Shown: positions 1-9,769 of the stretch, one piece after another | Layout of the letters: each line of letters starts with the position of its first letter | Numbering within the stretch: position 1 is the first letter of the stretch | Origin: Squalus acanthias | Taxonomy: Eukaryota | Length of the DNA: 64,000 bases | Assembly (NCBI GenBank): GCA_030390025.1 | Contig: JASTWF010000364.1 | Coordinates: 124,001 to 188,000 of the forward strand | Direction: 5' to 3' | Translations under genes and position numbers: made by a program | The notes under the pieces: generated by a model | What the model was told of the DNA's origin: nothing | The model's database searches: none | Seen by the model: the letters and a program-made list of their open reading frames with translations, nothing else

Positions 1-278
1 CAGCGAGATGTTGCACTGCTACAATGTGAGGTCACTGCAACATGTGCACTGGAACCTTCGATCGCAGTCTCCACTTCACAGGGTTACAAGCGTGAAGTGA
101 CATTTTATGGGCTGGGAACCAACGGTGCCTGATATGCTGATTTAAAAAAGGATTAATCAGTAACACGAAGTAAATCTAAAAGTAGCACCCCCGGTTGTGA
201 AATGTATCTGGCAGAATCTCAAGTCACGTCTGAGTGTAGCTCGAAACTGCAAACCAGGTGCTTGTCGGCTAGTGTTCG

Positions 279-991
279 CACAACACACACACACACACAC
301 TCTCTCTCTCACACACCCCAAACACACACACTCACACACACACACACACACACACACTCTCTCTCACACACACCAAACACACACACTCACACACACACAC
401 ACACACACTCTCTCACACACACACACACCCCAAACACACACACACACACACACACTCACTCATACACACTCTCTCTCACAACACACACACTCACTCATAC
501 ACACTCTCTCTCACAACACACACATACTCACACACACACCCCAAACACACACACTCACTCACACACACACTCTCACAACACACACACACACACACACACA
601 AACACTCTCACAACACACACAAACACACACACACTCACTCACACACTCTCACAACACACACACACACACACACTCTCTCACAACACACACACACACACTC
701 ACACACACACACTCACTCACACACACACACACACTCTAACAACACACACTCACACACAAACACACACACACACACACTCTCACAACACACACACACACAC
801 TCTCACAACACACACACACACTCTCACAACACACACACACACTCATACACACTCTCTCTCACAACACACACATACTCACACACACACACCCCAAACACAC
901 ACACTCACTCATACACACACACTCTCACAACACACACACACACACTCACACATACACTCTCACAACACACACACACACACACTCACACACA

Positions 992-1024
<33 letters not shown>

Positions 1025-2479
1025 TCACACACACACACACTCACTCACACACACACTCACTCACTCACACAACACACACTCATACACAAACACACACACA
1101 CTCACTCACACACACATTCACTCACACACATACACACACTCTCACAACACACACACACTCACAAACAAACACATACACACTCACTCACACACACTCTCAC
1201 AACACACACACACTCACACACAAACACTCTCACAACACACATACACACTCACACACACACACACTCACTCACACACATACACACACTCTCACAACACACA
1301 CACACACACAAACACACACACACTCACTCACACACACACACTCTCACAACACACACACACACACTCACACACAAACACACTCTCACAACACACACACACA
1401 CACTCACACAAACACACTCACACTCACTCACACACATATTCACACACAAACACACACACACACACTCACTCACTCACAAACACACACACACACTCACTCA
1501 CACACACACACACAACACAACACACACTCACTCACACTCTCTCTCACAACACACACATACTCACACACACACACACTCACACATACACTCTCACAACACA
1601 CACACTCACACACAAACACACACACACACACACACTCACTCACACACACACTCACTCATGCACTCTCACAACACACACTCACACACACACACTCACTCAC
1701 ACACACATTCACTCACACACACACACACTCTCACAACACACACACACTCACAAACAAACACATACACACTCACTCACACACACTCTCACAACACACACAC
1801 ACACACTCACACACAAACACTCTCACAACACACACACACTCACACACAAACATACACACACTCACTCACACACACACTCACACACACACACTCAGAACAC
1901 ACACACACACTCACACACAAACACACACACACACTCACTCACACACTCTCACAACACACACACACACTCACACACAAACACACACACACACTCACTCACA
2001 CACACACACACACTCTCACAACACACACACTCACACACACACACACTCACACACACACACACACTCACACTCACTCACACTGACACACACACACTCACAC
2101 ACCAAACACACTCACACACCAAACACACTCACACACACACACTCACTCACACACACATTCACTCACACACACACACACTCTCACAACACACACACACTCA
2201 CAAACAAACACATACACACTCACTCACACACACTCTCACAACACACACACACACACTCACACACAAACACTCTCACAACACACACACACTCACACACAAA
2301 CATACACACACTCACTCACACACACACTCACACACACACACTCAGAACACACACACACACTCACACACAAACACACACACACACTCACTCACACACTCTC
2401 ACAACACACACACACACTCACACACAAACACACACACACACTCACTCACACACACACACACACTCTCACAACACACACA

Positions 2480-2522
<43 letters not shown>

Positions 2523-2693
2523 ACACACACACACACTCTCACAACACACACACTCACACACACACACACTCACACACACACACACACTCACACTCACTCA
2601 CACTGACACACACACACTCACACACCAAACACACTCACACACCAAACACACTCACACACACACTCACACTCACACACACTCACTCACACACAC
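279..2693. repeat. Complex (CA)n-rich microsatellite / low-complexity tract, about 2.4 kb
   Basis: Almost only C and A, with recurring interruptions CTCA, CTCTCACAA, CAAA and CATA. It accounts for the Thr/His-rich ORFs 197-739, 202-2730 and 1658-2083. Confidence 0.98.
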
Positions 2694-2954
2694 TGGAAAC
2701 ACGTTAACAGACTGGAGTAGCTATCAGTGAATAGGTTCACAATATAAGCACCATTCAGATTGGTCCTTATGGAATATTTGGACCAGATTGGCACACAGAG
2801 ATGTCACAAATTACTTTTCGAGCAAACATCTTAATTTATACAGAGGTGCAAATGCACTCATCTTTCCCAATAATATTAGTAATACAGTAGAGACAATATG
2901 GATGCAAAACAATGAGTGTTATAACAGAGTCTTCTAATGAGGGAGGGAACTGGT

Positions 2955-3012
2955 TGGGTGGTGGAGCAGGCTCGAGTGGCTGAATGGCCTACTCCTGCTC
3001 CAATATTCCTAT
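2955..3012 (+). mobile_element. Short 3' tail remnant of a CR1-type LINE (or a SINE with a CR1-derived tail)
   Basis: GGTGGAGCAGGCTCGAGTGGCTGAATGGCCTACTCCTGCTCC matches the 3' UTR motif at the end of the longer CR1 in this window (9543-9585). Confidence 0.8.
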
Positions 3013-3149
3013 TGGAAGCTTTAGAAATAGTGGCGAGCCCACTGGAACTGCTGGGGTTGTGAGGTGGAGGTCTCATCAATCTGGCTACAATCCAAGTGTA
3101 AATCTGCTGGGGGGTCAATTGGAATTTTCAGAACTGGGATGGCCAGATT

Positions 3150-3286
3150 TTGTTTGGGTCAGGGTATCAAGAGAAATGGAGCAAAGGCGGGTCAATGGAA
3201 TTGAGATACAGATGAGCCGTGATCTGATTGAATGGTGGAACAGGCTCAAAGGACTGAATGGCCTACTCCTGTTCCTAATGTTCCTA
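3150..3286 (+). mobile_element. 5'-truncated CR1 LINE 3' end
   Basis: GGGTATCAAGAGAAATGGAGCAAAGGCGGGTCAATGGAATTGAGATACAGATGAGCCGTGATCTGATTGAATGG...GAATGGCCTACTCCTGTTCCTA aligns by eye with 9470-9588. Confidence 0.85.
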
Positions 3287-3734
3287 TTAATGTGCCAGCT
3301 GCATAAAACACATGGTTCATGAACCCGGTGACACTAGTGCATGTAAAAATGTGCATGTCGAGCGTTATAACTGAGAGCCTTATAATAAGGGTAGGCAGTG
3401 TGACTGCCATAAACATTGGGTGCCGTCGGCTAGTGGTTCTGGACGAGCAACCCAGAGCTCATGGCTGGATTTTACGAACCTCGGCTGGTCCGTGGTGGGC
3501 GACGTCAATGGCAGGTCCCGACCCCGCTCCTGTCTCCAGCCCAGCCTCCGTGATTGGGATTGTTGAGCCCCGTCCAGCGCGTTTCCTGGCCAATTAGAGG
3601 AAGCGGGCCTGGTGATGTCATTGGATGACGCTTCATCAGCCGGTTTCCTTAAAGGGACCATGGCCAACTTTCTTTTGACATTTGTTCTGTTAGTGTTCTA
3701 CAGCATTGAGGTGCTGCAAACATTGGCAATCACT

Positions 3735-3970
3735 GCACAGAGGTGCACGGCTGCATTCAGGCTCTCCCTTGACCCCCTCCATATGTGTACGGAGGGAGTC
3801 ACAGCACGCAGAGGAGGTCCTCTTCCCTTCCCATGGGTGGAAGAAACCTCCCTTGGAGATCAACGCAGCCTGGTTGCACATTGTAGAGCAGGGCACAAGC
3901 AGGGATGTGGTCAGGAGGACCAGGCTGCAGTGCCGCAAATGTCTCAATGATCTCAGTCGATCACGAAACG
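3735..3970 (+). pseudogene. Frameshifted Myb/SANT-like (trihelix) DNA-binding protein remnant of a Harbinger transposon
   Basis: Removing one G near 3813 joins AQRCTAAFRLSLDPLHMCTEGVTARR to EVLFPSHGWKKPPLEINAAWLHIVEQGTSRDVVRRTRLQCRKCLNDLSRSR. This fits the Myb/SANT-like pattern (APRFS..L..L..V..R..VLF...AW..IA..V....RT..QCRK.FNDL) recalled for Harbinger ORF1 / NAIF1-like proteins. Confidence 0.8.
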
Positions 3971-4372
3971 TTAGTACAAACCCACACTCAACCTCATCCT
4001 GCTGTGCCTCTCATCACATCCTCATCACTCTGCCTTCCCTACCCTACTCCTGCACATCCTTACTCACACTAACAAACCTTGCACCTCCACCCATCCCTCT
4101 CTATCTACATTATCACTTCCCCATCTCACTAGCCACCACTCACACTCACCCTCAATCCTACTGCAAGCATACCAACTAACAACACACAAGGATAGGCACT
4201 GGGGTGTTTTATGCAATGTTCATGTAAAGTTTCTGTTAGTGTGGTGTCAAACATTTAACTCTTTATTTTCAACACTTTGCGTTCTTGGACAGATTTGTGT
4301 GCACCTTTGGAAGTGGCTTAGTGAGTTGCAGTGAATGGTGAGACATAACGGTACCCCCTGCAATGGTGGTGA

Positions 4373-4545
4373 ACATAAGAACATAAGACGTAGGAGCAGG
4401 AGTCGGCCATGTGGCCCCTCGAGCCTGCTCCGCCATTCAATAAGATCATGGCTGATCTGATCGTGGCCTCAACTCCACTTCCCTGCCCGCTCCCCATAAC
4501 CCTTGACTCCCTTACCATTCAAAAATCTGTCTTTCTCCACCTTAA
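4373..4545 (-). mobile_element. 5'-truncated CR1 LINE 3' end inserted in the Harbinger element
   Basis: ACATAAGA ACATAAGA 8-bp tail repeat followed by the reverse complement of the CR1 3' UTR (GGCCCCTCGAGCCTGCTCCGCCATTCAATAAGATCATGGCTGATCTG). Flanked by a near-TSD: GGTGGTGA (4365-4372) and GGTGATGA (4549-4556). Confidence 0.9.
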
Positions 4546-4660
4546 TGAGGTGATGAGTGTGAAAGGAATGGCTTGGGCATTGTAGGGATGCTTTATGTTG
4601 TTGGTGTGGGGTGATGCCAACCTGGCACATCATGTGGCAGCCAGGGTGTGCAGCATCAAG

Positions 4661-4818
4661 TGAAGTAAATCTGGCCATGGTGAGGCCATCCCTGGCCTCC
4701 CGGGCAGCAATGTGCTCGGGTGCTGATGCCCTGTGTCCTGTGCAGCATCAGTTGATTGCGGAGAAGGTTGGTGTTGTTGGTGTGCCTGGTGCTGCTGGTG
4801 TTGGGGCTGATCGTGGTC
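4661..4818 (-). pseudogene. Probable Harbinger transposase remnant (N-terminal Q/H-rich part next to the C-terminal tail; catalytic core absent)
   Basis: Minus strand reads DHDQPQHQQHQAHQQHQPSPQSTDAAQDTGHQ and then, in another frame, HIAAREARDGLTMARFTS, which resembles the R..RD.L...F C-terminus of HARBI1-like transposases. Recognition is from memory only. Confidence 0.4.
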
Positions 4819-5185
4819 GGATTCTGAGGACCAAGGTGAGAGAGTATAAAGGGAACCCCTGCTGATGGAATAGATGACAGGTGAAGTAGAGATGACAGAA
4901 GCGATCTGTCAATGGTGGGAGAGTTAATGAGGTCAGACTGGATGGAGACTTGTGTAAAGACTTGCAGCATCCTGAACCTGTAGTGGAAATGCAGTTTAGA
5001 GAAGCTAGTGTTTAAGGGAACATTTCTCAATCAGCTGGGAGCTTTGACTTGATATTTGAAGCTGTCGACTCATCAGCTGATTCAATGGCCAATGACCTCC
5101 CGCCTCAGCATCACAGACGCGGTCTAGGCACAGCAGGAAACCGGTGGGCGACCTGTCAAATCCAAAAAGCTGGGAAAAAACCATA

Positions 5186-5327
5186 GTGTCTCCACTACCT
5201 CCTCTTTCACTATGACTTTGGCAGCATCTTCTTCCTTGGTGAAGACAGATGCAAATATTAATTTAATACTTCAGCCATGCCCTCTGCCTCCAGGCGCAGG
5301 TCTCCTTTTTGGTCCCTAATTGGTCCC
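5186..5327 (-). mobile_element. Internal CR1 ORF2 fragment (region between endonuclease and RT)
   Basis: Minus strand reads GPIRDQKGDLRLEAEGMAEVLN, then after a lesion FASVFTKEEDAAKVIVKEEVVE, the typical CR1 LN.YF.SVFT.E motif. Confidence 0.85.
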
Positions 5328-5334
5328 TGAATTT

Positions 5335-5495
5335 TTTAATTAATTCTCGGAATGTGGGCATCTCTGACAAGGGTGGCATTTATTGCCCATCCCTAGTTGC
5401 CCTTGAGAAGGTGGTGGTGAGCCGCCTTCTTGAACCGCTGCAGTCGGTGTGGTGAAGGTGCTCCCACAGTGCTGTTAGGGAGGGAGTTCCAGGAT
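5335..5495 (-). mobile_element. 3' end of a second CR1-clade LINE family
   Basis: Minus strand reads SWNSLPNSTVGAPSPHRLQRFKKAAHHHLLKGN* followed by a short UTR (GGATGGGCAATAAATG...ATGCCCACATTCC) and an A-rich tail. WNSLP is the conserved LINE ORF2 C-terminal motif. Confidence 0.85.
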
Positions 5496-5547
5496 GGGCA
5501 ATAAATTGCCAGTGTTGCCCAATCTCATGATGAAATTAATAAAAAAT
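5492..5547 (+). mobile_element. Second, oppositely oriented 3' UTR stub of the same LINE family
   Basis: GGATGGGCAATAAAT (5492-5506) is the exact reverse complement of 5378-5392; it is followed by TGCCAGTGTTGCCCAATCTCATGA and AATAAAAAA. Confidence 0.7.
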
Positions 5548-5574
5548 TGAGAACCTCAAGGTTATATATTACAT

Positions 5575-5846
5575 AAAATTAATTAGAATTTACAGTACCA
5601 TTCGGCCCAACTGGTCCGTGCCGGTGTTTATACTCCACACCAGCCTCCTCCCACCCCTCTTCATCTCACCCTATCAACATATCCTTCTATTCCTTTCTCC
5701 CTCATGTGTTTATCTAGCTTCCCATTAAATGTATCTGTGCTATTCGCTTCAACCACTCCCTGTGGTAGCGAGTTCCACATTCTCACCACTCTCTGGATAA
5801 AGACGTTGCTCCTGAATTCCCCATTGGATTTATTAGTGACTATCTT
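5575..5846 (-). mobile_element. CR1 LINE 3' part (first segment, interrupted by a MITE)
   Basis: Minus strand encodes FIQRVVRMWNSLPQGVVEANSTDTFNGKLDKHMREKGIEGY; the 3' UTR motif CCATTCGGCCCA is near 5598. Confidence 0.9.
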
Positions 5847-6560
5847 GGGCTAGAATTTCTGCTTTGGGTGCAATCGAGCACAAGCGCCCAAAATTGCGCT
5901 TGAAATTGCGCTGGGAAGGTTACGCTTCAATTTTCCGCTAAAATCCATTTACATAATCACAAACGTAAAATCTTCATGAACCAGTGTAATCGGGCAGCGT
6001 AATCGAATGAAATCGTTTCTTTTCTTCCATTACCAAGTATTCCCTGGTGTGTTTAAGAGTGGTAACCTGGTGCAGCTTTATTAAGCTGAAAATGGGTTTA
6101 TCACAAAAAATAAGCCATTTAGTAAGTGTGTCCAGTCCTCCACCTGTGAGTAATCAGATTTAAAATCACTGAAAATGACTTGAGAAACTGTACTGACCTA
6201 ATAGTTTCATTGGAGTACACTGGTCAGTTTCTTAGTAAATTATTTTTTGATACGAAAATACTTTTAAAACGTGCCGACTGGTGCCCCTGTGCCTAAGAAA
6301 TGAGCGCCATTGTAAGATGTGTCCTGAACCAACGGAATCTCACAACCTCGACCGGGGGGCGTGGCCAGTTCTGTGGGCGGGGCCTGATCCGAGCGACTAG
6401 AATCTTGAGCCAGTGGAATAGATGGCGGACACCAGCAGTGCAAGTGGCTTTGTGCGTAACTCACTCACGTTTAAAATTCCCCGATCTTTTTCAGTGGCTC
6501 GGCCGATTGCGCCTGGATTGCGCTGATGTTACTGGTGGAAACAAGCGGAAGCTCGAGCCC
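5847..6560. mobile_element. 714-bp MITE-like non-autonomous DNA transposon, PIF/Harbinger-type
   Basis: Left TIR GGGCTAGAATTTCTGCTT versus reverse-complemented right end GGGCTCGAGCTTCCGCTT (14/18). 3-bp TSD CTT at 5844-5846 and 6561-6563. CR1 sequence resumes directly after it. No credible ORF. Confidence 0.85.
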
Positions 6561-6607
6561 CTTAAGTTGATGGCCGCTAGTTTTGGTCTCCCCCACAAGT
6601 GGAAACA
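6561..6607 (-). mobile_element. Continuation of the CR1 split by the MITE
   Basis: CTTAAGTTGATGGCCGCTAGTTTTGGTCTCCCCCACAAGTGGAAACA reads FPLVGETKTSGHQLK on minus, the CR1 FPLVG.S.TRGH.LK motif that leads into the 5846 segment. Confidence 0.85.
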
Positions 6608-7023
6608 GTGTTGTCGCACAGAAGCCGGTAGCGTTGCTATCAGTAATGGGTGTTAACACACTGGCCCTCTGTTAACAGTGACTTTTGCCAGTTAAGGAGC
6701 ATTTCAAGACTTACTAAGTCTTGAACTTTAATGGAAAAAAGTGTTATTGACCCTTTGTTCAAGAGTTGATGTTAGAGTATTATGGGATGGGATGTAGAGT
6801 GACCAAACCCGTGTGTGGGACAGTAGGGGGAGCAAGATGAGAGTCGAGTGGCAAAGGAGGGGGGCGAGGAGCTGCAGAAACCGCGGGCAGTGGTATTGGG
6901 GAAGAGTCTCAGCACAGCAGACCACCTGCGGGAGTGTGCACGGAATGTGTCTCCGCTGAAATCAAGGCCCTCAGTTCTGCAGCTAACGAGAGCAGGCAGA
7001 GGTCAGAGAGAGTGGGGTGCAAA

Positions 7024-7187
7024 AGCAAATCAGCCAGGGTTCCTGCTCCTCATCCTGAAGCAGTGACTCGTGCTGGACCCATCCCCATGGTGGAATAGCC
7101 TGTCGCCACTCACCGCTGAAAAATGGTCAGCTGGGTGAGTTTCTGGAGCCTTCCCCACCCCAGCACCTTAAACAGAGAGAGGAGAAA
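7024..7187 (+). repeat. Probable old, degraded interspersed repeat (SINE-like), family unassigned
   Basis: AAATCAGCCAGGGTTCCTGCTCCT...CAGTGAC...GAATAGCCTG.CGCCACTCAC...ACCCCAGCA resembles a repeat I recall from chondrichthyan genomes. It has no second copy in this window. Confidence 0.35.
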
Positions 7188-7210
7188 AGCAAAACACGAC
7201 ACCAATAATA

Positions 7211-7245
7211 ATAGAGAGCCGTATATCCAAGTCTGCTGACAACAC
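7211..7245 (+). mobile_element. Tiny CR1 RT-domain fragment
   Basis: ATAGAGAGCCGTATATCCAAGTCTGCTGACAACAC reads IESRISKSADN(T), a decayed ISKFADDT catalytic motif. Confidence 0.5.
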
Positions 7246-7257
7246 CATAGAGTCAAA

Positions 7258-8149
7258 GGGGGAAAAATTAGGTCGCGCCCCATTTGGGGCGCAAATATCG
7301 TCTGGACGCAAATATTAGCGCCTGGCGCTAATTATCGGCACTGACTGGAAACTTCACTTTTACCGCCCCGGGAGGTGAGTGGAGCGCTAAATCAAGCGCT
7401 GCACACCTGTCTTAAGGCGCAAAGGCCAAGGAGTGAGGCGCTACCTCAGAGCGCTGGCGAAGCTCATGTAATGTCAGTCAGCAATGGAACACACACACAA
7501 TGGCACGGGCCAGTTCTTAAAGGGGATGGTTAATCTTGCTTTCCATCCACATCCTGTTCATTGCAGCCTTGAATCTCGGCCTGGAGAGACTTGCACATCA
7601 AATGTGCTGGAAAGAACAATGGAGAGTACCAGGCAAAGAGCTCAGAGTGCAGCTCCCACAGTCTCTGCTAAATCGATACAAGGAATGGCAAATCAAAATG
7701 AACCTGCAAAGTGCTGCTCAGTACCCAAAACTCCTTCACACAACGTTGAATCTCTCCAGAAGTCTCTCCCTCTCTCTCTCAGAATGCATAGTTCAAAAAT
7801 GCCACCAACAATAAAAGACAGGAAGAGGCCCCCTTTAAATAGCGCCCCCCCAGCCCCACAGCGATTGATAGCGTTCCAGTCTTCTGGTCGTTGGATGCGC
7901 CAGGCGGTAAGGCAGGGGGCGCCACTCAATTTCCGCTCCGGGGCGCCACAAGGGCGTTGCACCATGGAATGACGTCACAATCTGCGCGCGCAGGTGGTCG
8001 CAGCGGTAAAGTTTAGCGCCGCCGCACAATCTCTAGTTAAGTTCCCGAGCGGCGCAAACATCGCTGCGCCCGGGCGTTAGCGGCTTTGCGCCCCATTAGC
8101 GCCCTCTTAAGGCGCTAACGGGAGGCGCAACCAACTGAATTTTTACCAC
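7258..8149. mobile_element. 892-bp MITE-like non-autonomous DNA transposon, PIF/Harbinger-type
   Basis: Left TIR GGGGGAAAAATT versus reverse-complemented right end GTGGTAAAAATT (10/12). 3-bp TSD AAA at 7255-7257 and 8150-8152. Both subterminal regions are rich in GCGC/GGCGCT motifs. It splits a CR1 tail repeat. Confidence 0.85.
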
Positions 8150-8152
8150 AAA

Positions 8153-8600
8153 GAGTCATAACGGCACAGAAGGAGGCCATTCGGCCCATCGAGTCCGTGC
8201 CGGCTCTCTGTAGAGCAATCCAGTCAGTCCCATTCCCCCGCTCTATCCCCGTAGCCCTGCAAGTTTATTTCCCTCAAGTGCCTATCCAGTCTCCCCTTGA
8301 AAACATCGAGTGTCTCCGCTTCCACCACTTCCGTCGGCAGCGAGTTCCAGGTCCTCACCACTCGCTGCGTAAAAAAGTTTTTCCTCACATCCCCCCAGTA
8401 TCTCTTGCCCAAAACCTTAAATCTGTGTCCCCTAGTCCTTGTACCATCAACTAGTGGGAACAGCCTTTCCCCGTCTAGCCTATCCAAACCCGTCATAATC
8501 TTGTACACCTCTATCAAATCACCCCTCAACCTCCTTTGCTCTAATGAAAACAAATCCAGCTTCTCCAACCTGTCCTTGTAGCTAAGATCCCCCATCCTCC
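8153..8600 (-). mobile_element. 5'-truncated CR1 LINE, ORF2 C-terminus still open (rest of tail at 7246-7257)
   Basis: 8224-8595 reads MGDLSYKDRLEKLDLFSLEQRRLRGDLIEVYKIM...RTRGHRFKV...FFTQRVVRTWNSLP...GEWD*, followed by 3' UTR and a (CATAGAGT)n-type tail. Confidence 0.95.
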
Positions 8601-8604
8601 AAGT

Positions 8605-8800
8605 CAGAAACTTAACTGGACCAGCCACATAAATACTGTGGCTACAAAAGCAGGTCAGAGGCTGGGTATTCTGCGGTGAGTGTCTCACCTCCTGACTCCC
8701 CAAAGCCTTTCCACCATCTACAAGGCACAAGTCAGGAGTGTGATGGAATACTCTCCACTTGCCTGGATGAGTGCAGCTCCAACAACACCCAAGAAGTTCG
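8605..8800 (+). mobile_element. Internal fragment of another CR1-clade LINE ORF2 (post-RT region)
   Basis: From 8605: QKLNWTSHINTVATKAGQRLGILR*VSHLLTPQSLSTIYKAQVRSVMEYSPLAWMSAAPTTPKKFD, with the LINE L.W..HI and Y...VRS..EY...W motifs and one in-frame stop. Confidence 0.9.
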
Positions 8801-8802
8801 AT

Positions 8803-9588
8803 GATGTGGGCAAGTGTGAGGTCATCCCAAGAAAGATCAATCAAAGTATTTTCTAAATGGCGAGAAGCTGGGAACTGTGGAGGAGCCGAGAGATTTAGGG
8901 GTCCAAGTACAGAAATGACTAAAACCTACCAGACAGGTACAAAAAATAATGAAAAAGGCGAATGGAATATATCAAGGGGCCTGGAGTACAAAGGGGTGGA
9001 AGTTATGTTCCAGTTTATATAACTTCTGGTTAGGCTCCATCTGGAGTATTGCGTTCAGTGCTGGGCCCCACCCCTCAGGAAAGATATACTGGCCTTGGAG
9101 GGGGGGCAGCGCAGATTCACCAGAATGATACCCGGGGCTACAAGGGTTAAATTATGAGGCCAGGTTGCACAGACTGGGCTTGTATTCCCTCGAGTATAGA
9201 AGATTAAGGGGTGATCTAATCGAAGTGTTTGAGACAATTAATCGATTTGATCGGGTAGAGAGAGAGAAACTATTTCCTCTGGTGGGGGGAGTCCAGGACA
9301 AGGGGGCATAATCTTAAAATTAGAGCCAGGCCGTTCAGGGGTGATGTCAGGAAGCACTTCTTCACACAAAGGGTCGTGGAAATCTGGAACTCTCTCCCCC
9401 AAAAAAGCTGTTGAGGCTGGGGGTCAAATGAAAATGTCAAAACTGAGATTGATGGATGTTTTGTTAGACACGGGTATTAAGGGTTACGGAACCAAGGCGG
9501 GTAAATGGAGTTGAGAAACAGATCAGCCATGATCTCATTGAATGGCGGAATAGGCTCGAGGGGCTGAATGGCCTCCTCCCGTTACTAT
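8803..9588 (+). mobile_element. Decayed CR1 LINE 3' portion
   Basis: [62 protein letters not shown]...RRLRGDLIEVF and [16 protein letters not shown] across frameshifts, then the 3' UTR GGCTCGAGGGGCTGAATGGCCTCCTCC. Confidence 0.95.
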
Positions 9589-9738
9589 AAAGGTCGGTCA
9601 GTGAGCAGTGGTATGAGTTTTTTTATGGGTTTATAACTTTGTCAGAGAACTTGATTGAATTACCAAACTTGTAGCAGGTGATCTGACGGCTGTACACGGC
9701 GGGACCTCTCTGGTTATTCCCTCATTTTACAGACTTAC

Positions 9739-9769
9739 ACTTTGTATTTCTGTGCGGTAATAAGATTGA
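9739..9769 (-). other. Candidate 31-bp micro-exon of an unidentified host gene
   Basis: Minus strand: acceptor TCTCCTCCTACAG | TCAATCTTATTACCGCACAGAAATACAAAGT | donor GTAAGT; open in all three frames. Splice motifs are the only evidence. Confidence 0.3.

Larger units (their letters stand above)
3462..5164 (+). mobile_element. Non-autonomous, internally deleted PIF/Harbinger-type DNA transposon
   Basis: Left end TGGCTGGATTTTAC (3462-3475). Right end GTCAAATCCA (5155-5164) is a 9/10 inverted match to TGGATTTTAC, with the outermost bases apparently lost and no clear TSD. Contains a Myb/SANT-like ORF remnant on + and a probable transposase remnant on -. Confidence 0.65.

Noticed and set aside
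202..2730. 842-aa Thr/His-rich ORF and overlapping ORFs
   Set aside because: Translation of a (CA)n tract that lacks stop codons by composition; no domain content.
3575..3665. CCAAT and CRE-like motifs as a host promoter
   Set aside because: They lie inside the transposon end; short motifs with no evidence of activity.
6660..6695. Small hairpin ACTGGC...GCCAGT around the CTGTTAACAG palindrome
   Set aside because: Short stems expected by chance; no RNA family features.
6728..6960. GC-richer unique segment with a minus-strand acceptor-like site (CCTTGATTTCAG) and open frames
   Set aside because: No recognisable peptide and no clear donor; too weak to call an exon.
8224..8844. 206-aa ORF as a gene
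   Set aside because: Chimera of a CR1 ORF2 C-terminus and the antisense reading of another LINE fragment.
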